Virus record (IMG/VR): IMGVR_UViG_3300048599_000781
Span: 1 to 53,835 of that record
DNA: 53,835 bases
Strand: one strand, 5' to 3'
DNA from: a virus
Lineage: Duplodnaviria; Caudoviricetes
Part shown: one piece after another, positions 17,603 to 25,460 of the stretch
How positions within the stretch are numbered: position 1 is the first letter of the stretch
Layout of the letters: every line of letters begins with the position of its first letter
Position numbers and translations under genes: made by a program
The notes under the pieces: generated by a model
What the model was told of the DNA's origin: nothing
Database searches by the model: none
Seen by the model: only the letters and a program-made list of their open reading frames with translations

Positions 17603-17991
17603 CGATCTCCCTGCGCACGGCGTGCGTCCCGGTCACGCTGCAATCTGTGCATGACCTGCTGGCGGCGGGGCGGTTCGACCTCTCCACCGAAGCGCGGACC
17701 CAGGCCGATATCGACACCCTGTTCGCCGGCAGCTTCGGGCCGGGCGCCTATGCCCGCGAGCATAGGCTGGGGCCCAAGGACCGGCCCGACTTCCTGGTCG
17801 GCGGCGCGATCGTGGTCGAGGTGAAGCATTTCCGCGCCTCGCCGCTGCCGACCCTGCGCCAGCTCGCGCGCTACGCCGCCTATCCGCAGGTCGAGGCGGT
17901 GATCCTGGCGTCGGGGCGGACCGTGGCCGCGCCGCCGGACCTGCGGGGCAAGCCGCTGGTCGTGGTCAGCCTGGGGAGCGCCTGGCTGTGA
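17599..17991 (+). CDS. PD-(D/E)xK-type nuclease
   Basis: RPDFLV...VVEVK...QLARY motifs; strong RBS. Confidence 0.75.
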   Translation: MTISLRTACVPVTLQSVHDLLAAGRFDLSTEARTQADIDTLFAGSFGPGAYAREHRLGPKDRPDFLVGGAIVVEVKHFRASPLPTLRQLARYAAYPQVEAVILASGRTVAAPPDLRGKPLVVVSLGSAWL

Positions 17992-18623
17992 GGTGGTTAG
18001 TCGGGAATACCGAGAAGCATGTGTCGCACAAGGTGGGCATGGTGCCAGTAATCGTCGGCGGCATCCTGCAGCGGTTTCCAGTCGATCTGTTGCGCTTCGA
18101 GACTTTGCTGTTCTTTGAACCGGATCGCGGCGGACAAGAAGCTGCTCATCGCTCCACGAAGAGCTTCGCAGCGGGCGTAGAGCGATACGCTTGGCCAGCG
18201 GATCAAGGGTTCGCCGAGAAGACGGTCGAACGGGGCCGTCACCTTGTGTTCCTCGGCTGTCCGAAGATAGGTGGCGAGGCTGCGGGCGTTTTTCTCGCTC
18301 ACCCTGTAGTAGATCTGGTCGAACGATCCGCAGGCGTACTTCACGCTATGCTCGATCGCGCGCTCGAAATCGAGTCTGGCAGCCTCTCTTTGTTGCTCGG
18401 CGACTTCGAAGGGCGCTCGGGCCGCCTTGATGGCGACCCAGATGGCGACAACCGTTCCGATCCCTTGAACCCAGGTCGCCATAGTCGCGCTGAAGACGCC
18501 GAAAGCCGAGGCGGTGACGGCGATGATGGCGCAGCCGACCATGAGGCCGACGCCGAACAGCAATTGGGTGGTCGTTTCTTTCATGCGGTGAAGCTTCCCA
18601 CAGCCGGGAGGCGCGCGCCATGA
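17988..18623 (+). other. Sense-strand bridge ORF 3
   Basis: GTG 17988 overlaps the nuclease TGA (GTGA); TGA 18621-18623 overlaps ATG 18620 (ATGA). Confidence 0.5.
17997..18584 (-). CDS. Antisense membrane-anchored moron B
   Basis: Two N-terminal TMs, the second WVQGIGTVVAIWVAIKAA, then a helical domain; more AT-rich than its flanks. Confidence 0.75.
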   Translation of the reverse strand: MKETTTQLLFGVGLMVGCAIIAVTASAFGVFSATMATWVQGIGTVVAIWVAIKAARAPFEVAEQQREAARLDFERAIEHSVKYACGSFDQIYYRVSEKNARSLATYLRTAEEHKVTAPFDRLLGEPLIRWPSVSLYARCEALRGAMSSFLSAAIRFKEQQSLEAQQIDWKPLQDAADDYWHHAHLVRHMLLGIPD

Positions 18624-20263
18624 CCCGTACCTATGGCGCGTTGGCGCGGGCGGGCGACGGCTGGGTGATCCGGGACCTGGAGCCGCATGTGGCGATCCGG
18701 TTCAAGGCGTTCTTTCCGCGGGTCCCGAAGGCTTCGGCCGGGCCGTTCAAGCTGCATGGCGACCACGCCACGGCGGCCGACCTGCACTGGTTCATGCAGC
18801 GCTATCCGCTGCGGGCCGAGGACGCGGTGCTGGCCGCCCTGACGCGGGACAAGACCGGGTACGAGGCCGCCCAGGCCGAGGTCGGGCGGATCATGGCGCC
18901 GGACTATGCGCCGCCGGGCTATGCCGGCCTGCAGCCAGGCCAATCGGTGCGGCTGCACCAGGCGCGGACCGTGGAGCTGATGCAGCGGTTCCGCGGCGTG
19001 CTGTGCGGCGACGACATGGGCGAGGGCAAGACCTACACCGGCGGGGCCTGCTGCCTGGTTCCCGGCGCCCTGCCGGCGACCATCGTCTGCCCGCCGAACC
19101 TACGCGGCCAGTGGGTGGACAAGCTGCGGGCGTTCACGACGCTCGACGTCCATGCGGTGATCGGGACCAAGCCCTACAACCTGCCGCCCAGCGACGTGCG
19201 GATCATCGGCTACACCCAGCTCGAAGGCTGGGTCGACCTGTTCGAGATGATGGGCGCCGGCTTCCTCGGCTTCGACGAGATCCACGAGCTGCGCCATGGC
19301 GAGGAGACGGCCAAGGGGCAGGCGGCGGCGCGGTTGGCCAGCCTGGCGCGCTATGTCGTCGGCTTCAGCGGCACGCCGATCTTCAACTACGGCGAGGAAA
19401 TCTGGAACATCATGGCGCTGATCCGCCCGGACCTGCTGGGGCCGCGGGAGGATTTTCAGCGCGAGTGGTGCCGGGGACGCGAGGTGAAGGACCCGGAGGC
19501 GCTCGGCTCCTACCTGCGCGAGCAGCACGCCCTGGTGCGCAAGAAGGGCTCCGGCCCGCCGCCGAACGTGATCGTGGAGACCATCGGCCACGACGTGCAG
19601 GTGCTGGAGAGCGTGGAGCTGCTCGCCCACCGGCTGGCCCACAAGGCGGTCAGCGGGGCGTTCATGGAGCGCGGGCAGGCGGTCCGTGAACTGGACCTGA
19701 TGATGCGGATGCAGACCGGGATCGCCAAGGCGAAGGCGGTGGCGGCGTTCGTCCGCATCCTGGTCGAGGGCGGCGAGCCGGTGATCCTCTTCGGGTGGCA
19801 TCGCGAGGTCTACGAGATCTGGATGGCCGAGCTGAACGACCTCGGCGTGGTCATGTACACCGGTAGCGAGACGCCCACGCAGAAGGACGCGGCCAAGCGG
19901 GCCTTCCTGGAGGGGGGGGCGCAGGTCTTCATCATGTCGCTGCGGTCGGGCGCCGGCGTCGACGGGCTGCAGGCGCGCTGCAAGACCGTGGTGTTCGGCG
20001 AGCTGGACTGGTCGCCGGCCATGCACGGCCAGTGCATCGGGCGTGTGAACCGGGAGGGCCAGGCCTGCTGGCCCGAGCCGGTGACGGCGATCTACCTGGT
20101 CGCCGACGACGGGAGCGATCCGCCCATGCAGGACACGCTCGGGATCAAGGCCAGCCAGGCCCATTCGATCGTCGACCCCGGCATGGGGCCGCAAAGGGTG
20201 GAGCGCGACACACGCCCGATCGAGGCGCTGATCGCACGCTATCTGGAGCGTAGGGCGGCATGA
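18620..20263 (+). CDS. SNF2-family (DEAD/H) helicase
   Basis: DDMGEGKT, DEIH, SGTP, GVDGLQ, QCIGRVNREGQ. Confidence 0.9.
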   Translation: MTRTYGALARAGDGWVIRDLEPHVAIRFKAFFPRVPKASAGPFKLHGDHATAADLHWFMQRYPLRAEDAVLAALTRDKTGYEAAQAEVGRIMAPDYAPPGYAGLQPGQSVRLHQARTVELMQRFRGVLCGDDMGEGKTYTGGACCLVPGALPATIVCPPNLRGQWVDKLRAFTTLDVHAVIGTKPYNLPPSDVRIIGYTQLEGWVDLFEMMGAGFLGFDEIHELRHGEETAKGQAAARLASLARYVVGFSGTPIFNYGEEIWNIMALIRPDLLGPREDFQREWCRGREVKDPEALGSYLREQHALVRKKGSGPPPNVIVETIGHDVQVLESVELLAHRLAHKAVSGAFMERGQAVRELDLMMRMQTGIAKAKAVAAFVRILVEGGEPVILFGWHREVYEIWMAELNDLGVVMYTGSETPTQKDAAKRAFLEGGAQVFIMSLRSGAGVDGLQARCKTVVFGELDWSPAMHGQCIGRVNREGQACWPEPVTAIYLVADDGSDPPMQDTLGIKASQAHSIVDPGMGPQRVERDTRPIEALIARYLERRAA

Positions 20264-21258
20264 AGAACAAGCTGCTCACCTGGGTCGACGATCGCATCGA
20301 GCTGGACGGCACGTCCACGCTGATCCTGCTGCGGCTGGCCTCGTTCGCCGACGCCGAGAACGTCGGGTGGTCGGCGGTCAAGACCCTGGCGAAGCTCGCG
20401 CGGTGCTCGGAGCGGACCGTGCAGAGCCGCCTGCGCATGCTGGAGGCGAGCGGGTATATCGAGGCCACCGGGCGGTTCCATACGACCGACGGAAAGCATC
20501 CGCGCGAGATCCCCACCTACCGGATCGGGCCGCCGCATCTGAGGGCGGATGCAGAGGAAATCTCGGGTGCAAATTTTGCACCCGAGCCGGATCTCGGGTG
20601 CAAATCCGAGCCATCTGGGGTGCAACTGTTTTCACCCCTTAAGGAACCTATAGAACCTACTTCGGAAGCTAACGCTTCCTCAGAGCGCGTGCGCGAGCGC
20701 GAAGCGCAGTTCGGGGCGCTCGAAGCGGCGGTGCCGCGGGGCATGCTGGCCACGACCGACCGCCATCGGGCATGGCGGGTGTTCAACCGGCTCGCCGACG
20801 AGGGGTTGGACCTCGCCAAACTGGTCGAGGCGGGGGCGCGGCTGGCCGCCGACCCGAAGACGCGGAAGCGGGACTATCCGCTGATCGGGCTGGATCGCTG
20901 GCTCGACCAGGGGCGCTATCGCGGCCACTGGCCCGATGAGCGGCCGGCGGCGCGCACGGCGAGCGCCTTCGCCGCCCCGGCCGGGCGGAGGGCGGGGGCC
21001 GACGACCAGGCGCTCTGGGAGCAGGTCGCGGCGAAGCTGCGCGGTGAGCTGGGGGCCGGCGCCTACGCCTCGTGGATCGGCCCGGCCTATCTCGGCGTGC
21101 AGGAGGGCGCGGTGGCGCTGGTCGCCGCGACCACCACGGCCAGGGACTGGATTTTCGCCCATGCCTGGGACCAGGCGCTGGCGCTTTGGGCGGAAGCCGC
21201 TCCGGAGGGGCGCACGCTGCGCCTCGTGTCGAAGCGAGAGTTCGAGGTGGCGCGATGA
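20260..21258 (+). CDS. Replication initiator: N-terminal HTH, C-terminal DnaA domain-I-like module
   Basis: LLRLASFAD...SVKTLA...SERTVQ..LR.LE..GYI-type HTH; C-terminus LWEQVAAKLRGELGAGAYASWIGP...ARDWI resembles the DnaA N-terminus; internal iterons. Confidence 0.8.
   Translation: MKNKLLTWVDDRIELDGTSTLILLRLASFADAENVGWSAVKTLAKLARCSERTVQSRLRMLEASGYIEATGRFHTTDGKHPREIPTYRIGPPHLRADAEEISGANFAPEPDLGCKSEPSGVQLFSPLKEPIEPTSEANASSERVREREAQFGALEAAVPRGMLATTDRHRAWRVFNRLADEGLDLAKLVEAGARLAADPKTRKRDYPLIGLDRWLDQGRYRGHWPDERPAARTASAFAAPAGRRAGADDQALWEQVAAKLRGELGAGAYASWIGPAYLGVQEGAVALVAATTTARDWIFAHAWDQALALWAEAAPEGRTLRLVSKREFEVAR
20560..20638. repeat. Putative replication origin iterons
   Basis: Perfect inverted repeat CTCGGGTGCAAA-T-TTTGCACCCGAG (20562-20586), direct copy ATCTCGGGTGCAAAT (20591-20605), variant ATCTGGGGTGCAA (20613). 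Confidence 0.75.
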
Positions 21259-21848
21259 GCGTCTGGACCGAGGAGATGGACGCCGAGCTGCTGCGCCGGC
21301 GGCGTGAGCGCAGGCTGCCCTGGCGGGCGGTGTTCCCGATCGGCGGGATGGGCAAGACCGCGTGCCAGAAGCGGTTCGAGTACCTGACCTCGGACGTCGA
21401 GCGGCCGGGCGTGAAGGTGGCGGCGCGCACGCCGAAGCCGTCGCCCGACGGGCTGGTCTGGCTGCAGGGCCGCAAGCGGCTGTCGGCGGCGCAGCTCCTG
21501 GAGGCCTGGGAGTATCGCAGGCTGTTCCGGGACGCCGGCGACCTGTCGATGAAGTCGCAGATCGGGGCGCTGCTGGACGCCAGGGGCGGGGGAGCCGGCG
21601 GCGCGGACCTTCAGACCTCCATCGTCGGTACGACGGCGGCGCGGCGGCGTCTGTTCATCCTGCGTCACCAGGTGCTGCGCACCCAGACCGACATGCTGAC
21701 CGTGATGGACGGGGTCTGCGGCGTGGGCCACACGCTGCGCGACCTGGCCGGCGGCGACAAGCACCGGGCGCGCGACCTGGAGGTCATCCTCGGCGTCGCC
21801 CTCGACCTGCTGGCCGCCCATCGCACGGCGGCGAAATCATCGGCTTGA
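21255..21848 (+). CDS. Late-gene regulator candidate (N-terminal HTH + DUF6456-like domain)
   Basis: Lambda Q position; WTEE N-terminus; C-terminal VCG.G..L.DL...LGVALDLLAAH. Confidence 0.6.
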   Translation: MSVWTEEMDAELLRRRRERRLPWRAVFPIGGMGKTACQKRFEYLTSDVERPGVKVAARTPKPSPDGLVWLQGRKRLSAAQLLEAWEYRRLFRDAGDLSMKSQIGALLDARGGGAGGADLQTSIVGTTAARRRLFILRHQVLRTQTDMLTVMDGVCGVGHTLRDLAGGDKHRARDLEVILGVALDLLAAHRTAAKSSA

Positions 21849-21899
21849 CGAATGGCGCCGAATAGGGCGATCAAAGTCCCAGCTCTTGGATTGCGTCTG

Positions 21900-21929
21900 A
21901 AACCCGCCGGCCTCCCCGGCGGGTTTTTT
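21900..21929 (+). terminator. Intrinsic terminator ahead of the late operon (tR'-like)
   Basis: AAACCCGCCGG-CCTCC-CCGGCGGGTTTTTT. Confidence 0.85.
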
Positions 21930-22011
21930 CGTGGCCGGGAGCCGCCAGTACCTTTCCTCGTCTGGCGCGGCGGCGTTCGGACAATGACGGGCGCCGCCGC
22001 GGTCGGCCCGC

Positions 22012-22125
22012 GGGTCCTTCCCCCTCGGCCACCCCCTATACGGCGGATCGAGGCGTCGAACTTTGGTAGTGAGCGTGGTTGCGGGCGGTGCAACGCTCGT
22101 TGCGCGCGCAACATCGGGGCGCAAC
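22012..22125 (+). other. Putative cos region (cosQ/cosN/cosB-like)
   Basis: GGGTCCT (lambda cosQ sequence) at 22012, TACG 21 nt later, then GTTGC/GCAAC repeats up to the terS start. Confidence 0.6.
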
Positions 22126-22707
22126 ATGGAAACTCGGTGGGTTTCAGTGTCGGATGCGGCTGCGTTGGAGACGCAGGCGGGCCGGCCGCTGAACAAGTCC
22201 AGCGTCTCGCGCTTCCTGAGCCGCAACGAAGATGTGCCGGTGAAGCGGGACGCGGGCGGCCGGGTCCAGTTCGTCGACTACGACGCGCTGGTGAAGGCGC
22301 GGAGCGGGTCGCTGGCGGTGCAGGACAGCCGGGCGGTGCGCGGGGAACCGGCGCCGGCCGCGCAGAGCGTGGCGACGCCTTCGGAGGAGGTCACGGCGGC
22401 CAGCCGGAAGCGGGCGGCCGAGGCCGAAATGGCCGAGATCGGGCTGGCGGAGAAGAAGGGGCTGCTGATTTCGCGTCAGGCGGTGCAGTTGGCGATCCAG
22501 TCGGCCGGCGTCGCCTTCCAGCAGGGGCTGGAGCGCCAGCGGCGCGCCACCGCGCAGGCTGTGGCCGGCGAAGAGGACGTGCGGAAGGTCGAGCTGGTGC
22601 TAAAACGGCGCGATCGGGAGGTGCTGGCGGCCCTGGTCGAGGACCTGGGCAAGGCGGCGGAGGGGCTTTCCGTCACCCTGGCCGCCGATGAGGGCCAGCC
22701 GGCCTAG
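22126..22707 (+). CDS. Terminase small subunit
   Basis: N-terminal HTH plus coiled coil, immediately upstream of a GpA-type TerL. Confidence 0.75.
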   Translation: METRWVSVSDAAALETQAGRPLNKSSVSRFLSRNEDVPVKRDAGGRVQFVDYDALVKARSGSLAVQDSRAVRGEPAPAAQSVATPSEEVTAASRKRAAEAEMAEIGLAEKKGLLISRQAVQLAIQSAGVAFQQGLERQRRATAQAVAGEEDVRKVELVLKRRDREVLAALVEDLGKAAEGLSVTLAADEGQPA

Positions 22708-22709
22708 TC

Positions 22710-24812
22710 ATGGAGCTTTTTTCGGCGGCCACGGTCGCCGCGGATGCGGGCGAGCTGCTGATCGGCCTGGCGCTGGTCATCACGCCGGCCCCGGAGGAGC
22801 GGATCAGCGAGTGGGCCGAGGGCCTGATCGTGGTTCCGGGGGAAACCGGCACCGATCGGCCCGGACCGCTGTCCTGGGACGGGTTCGAGCTGCTGATCGA
22901 GCCGCTGGACCGGCTGCATCCGGACGATCCGGCGCGCGATGTGACCTTCAAGGGCTCGGCGCAGATCGCCAAGACCTTCATCGGCCAGGTGGGGACCTAC
23001 TACTATTCCGCGGTGACGCCTCGACCGTGGGGCGTAGCGTTGCCGTCGACCGACGAGGTGCTGAAGTACAACCGGACGAAGTGGCAGCCTGTGGTCGACG
23101 CGACGCCGGAGCTGCGTCGCAAGGTCCGGCCGGTGGCGACCCGGGACGAACAGGGGTCGACCAACACCTACAAGCGCTTCGCGGGCGGCTTCGGGCAAAT
23201 CTTCCCGGTCGGCTCGCCCAAGGCGCTGCAGATGATCAGCCTGTGCCTGGTCGTCTACGAGGAGACGCCGAACTGGGAGCGGGAAGTCGGCGGGCGCGGC
23301 GAGACGCGCGGCCAAATCCGCAAACGCCAGCTCCGCTGGGAAATGGCCGGCGCCAAGACGTTCCACAACTCCACGCCCGGCGTGAAGCGGAAGAAGGAGG
23401 ACGGAGAGGGCTACGAGGGTTGCCCTGTCACCGAGGATTTCGACGCTGGCGACCAGCGGCGGCCCTATCTGCCTTGCCCCCATTGCGGCGACGACGAGGA
23501 TGGCGTCCTGCTGCAGCTCCACCGGGACGACTTTCTGGGATGGCGGGAAGGCGAGACCCCGCATTTCGTTTGCCCAGGCTGCGGCGGCGTCATCGAACAT
23601 CGTCACAAGGCCGACATGGTGCGTAGGTGCCACCCGTACCGGCGGGAGCCCGGGCGTCAGCACGGCGGCTGGCTGCCGACCTTCGAGTCGAAGGACCCAG
23701 GCAATCCGGCGCCGGCGCGATGGATCAGGGCGCGGGACTTCGAACGGTGGCGCGCGCGGCCGGTGGAGGGGCGGCAGCCGAGCTATACGGCCTGGCAGAT
23801 CGTCTCCAGCGCCGTGGACTGGCACTACGTCGCCAGCGAGCGCCGGAAGGCCGAGACCGGGAGCGAGGGCGACAAGATCGTCTACTCGCAGCAGATCGAG
23901 GGCGAGGCCTACGAGCAGGTCGCCCAGCAGGCCGATGTCGACGTGATGCTGGAGAAGCGGTCGGACCGCTACCGCCGCGGCGTGGTTCCGGAGGGCTACG
24001 AGCAGCTTACCTGCGCCGTCGACCTGAACGGGGACTGGGCGCAATGGACGGTCTACGGCTGGGGGCCGATGGCCGAGCATGTCCCGGTCGACAAGGGCCG
24101 CATCGACGGATCGCCCTCGGAGGGGCGGCTATGGGCCGAGATCTCGGCGCTTATGAACCGGGTCTGGCCGCACGAGGACGGGGGTTCGCTGCCGCTGGCC
24201 GCGGCCGGGATCGATAGCGGTTACGGGACCTACTACGTCTATGCGTTCTGCCGCCGCTTCGCCCGGGTCAAGGCCCTGGACGGTGCGAAAGGTTGGGGCC
24301 TGATGCCGCTGCGGCGCGGGCCGATCCAGAAGCTGGAGGGGCCGGACGGCAGCGTCGTGAAGTGCCGTACCTGGCGGGTCGGCACCTGGGACCTGAAGCG
24401 GACCCTGCTGAACGAGGCGATCCCGCTGGGATGTGACGGCGAGGCCTCGGCCAGCGTCGCCGGTAAGTCGCACTGGCCCATGTGGCTGGAGAAGGACTTC
24501 TTCGAGGAGCTTACCGCCGAGGTCCTGGTCGACGTGCAGGAGCGGAAGACCGGCGTCGTGAAGGCCGAAGCCTGGGTTCGCGCCCGACGCCGGAACGAGG
24601 AGATGGACCTCTGGGTCTACAACGCGGCCCTGGCCCGCAGCCTGGGGATCGGGGTGCCAGGGGCTGAACCGGACTGGCTCGAATTGGCCCGCCTGCGGCG
24701 CGGCGGCCAGCTCGACCTGGATGATCTTTGGGACCGACCTGCGCACGCGGTGCGCGAGGTCGCCAGCGACCCGTCGGCGGACTGGGGCTGGAAGAAACGC
24801 GAGACGGCCTGA
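22710..24812 (+). CDS. Terminase large subunit, lambda GpA family
   Basis: KGSAQIAKT Walker A, STP, CPHC/CPGC Zn motifs, AVD, IDSG, RNE..D..VY. Confidence 0.95.
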   Translation: MELFSAATVAADAGELLIGLALVITPAPEERISEWAEGLIVVPGETGTDRPGPLSWDGFELLIEPLDRLHPDDPARDVTFKGSAQIAKTFIGQVGTYYYSAVTPRPWGVALPSTDEVLKYNRTKWQPVVDATPELRRKVRPVATRDEQGSTNTYKRFAGGFGQIFPVGSPKALQMISLCLVVYEETPNWEREVGGRGETRGQIRKRQLRWEMAGAKTFHNSTPGVKRKKEDGEGYEGCPVTEDFDAGDQRRPYLPCPHCGDDEDGVLLQLHRDDFLGWREGETPHFVCPGCGGVIEHRHKADMVRRCHPYRREPGRQHGGWLPTFESKDPGNPAPARWIRARDFERWRARPVEGRQPSYTAWQIVSSAVDWHYVASERRKAETGSEGDKIVYSQQIEGEAYEQVAQQADVDVMLEKRSDRYRRGVVPEGYEQLTCAVDLNGDWAQWTVYGWGPMAEHVPVDKGRIDGSPSEGRLWAEISALMNRVWPHEDGGSLPLAAAGIDSGYGTYYVYAFCRRFARVKALDGAKGWGLMPLRRGPIQKLEGPDGSVVKCRTWRVGTWDLKRTLLNEAIPLGCDGEASASVAGKSHWPMWLEKDFFEELTAEVLVDVQERKTGVVKAEAWVRARRRNEEMDLWVYNAALARSLGIGVPGAEPDWLELARLRRGGQLDLDDLWDRPAHAVREVASDPSADWGWKKRETA

Positions 24813-24813
24813 C

Positions 24814-25026
24814 ATGCCCTTGAATTCAGACGAAGCGGCCGAACTGGCCCGGCTGCGCGCCCAGCAGACCTCTCCGACCGCGACGCGAGTCACCAGCGGC
24901 GGGCGCACGGTCGAGCATCGCCCAGCCGACCCGGCCGCCGTGCAACGCCGTATCGACGAGCTGGAGGCCAAGGCGGGCGCCGGCTCCCAGTACCGCCGCC
25001 GCGGCGGCATCCGTTTCCGCGTCTGA
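24814..25026 (+). CDS. gpW-like head-tail joining protein
   Basis: Between terL and portal; VTSGGRTVEH...RRIDELE. Confidence 0.75.
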   Translation: MPLNSDEAAELARLRAQQTSPTATRVTSGGRTVEHRPADPAAVQRRIDELEAKAGAGSQYRRRGGIRFRV

Positions 25027-25053
25027 CCACGTTTCCACAGGACTGGACCCCAC

Positions 25054-25455
25054 ATGAGCAAGACCAGAACACCGCCCGCGGCCGACGCCGCCGGCGCGAC
25101 GCCGCATGTCTCGGCGGGCGCTCCGCCCACAAGCCAGAAGGCGTTGCTGCTGAAGGCGTTGCACGCCGTCGCCGCGGCGGTGAAGTTCCCCTTCACGCCC
25201 GTCCCGCCGTCCGTGGTCCGGTCGATGGACGACGCCATCGGCGCGCTGGCGGCGACGGCGGACGAGGCGTCCGCCGATCCGGTCGCGGGCGATGACGTCG
25301 CCCAGCGCCTCGCGGCCCTGGAGGCCTTCGCCGACAAGCTCTCGGCCGACCTGCCGCCGCGCCTGGCGGCCCTGGAAGAGGCGTCGGCCAAGCTGCAGGC
25401 GGCGGCCGGCGCCGGCGAGAAGGGGCAGGGCGACCTGCTCGGCGAGCAGAAGTAG
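25054..25455 (+). CDS. Hypothetical Ala-rich protein
   Basis: RLAALE repeated twice; between gpW and portal. Confidence 0.55.
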   Translation: MSKTRTPPAADAAGATPHVSAGAPPTSQKALLLKALHAVAAAVKFPFTPVPPSVVRSMDDAIGALAATADEASADPVAGDDVAQRLAALEAFADKLSADLPPRLAALEEASAKLQAAAGAGEKGQGDLLGEQK

Positions 25456-25460
25456 ACGCC

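Noticed and set aside
13120-20263. Many proteins ending in AA (KEAA, EAAA, RRAA) as ClpX degrons
   Set aside because: More simply explained by the overlapping GGAGGCGGC-ATGA/GTGA RBS of the next gene; cannot be separated from sequence alone.
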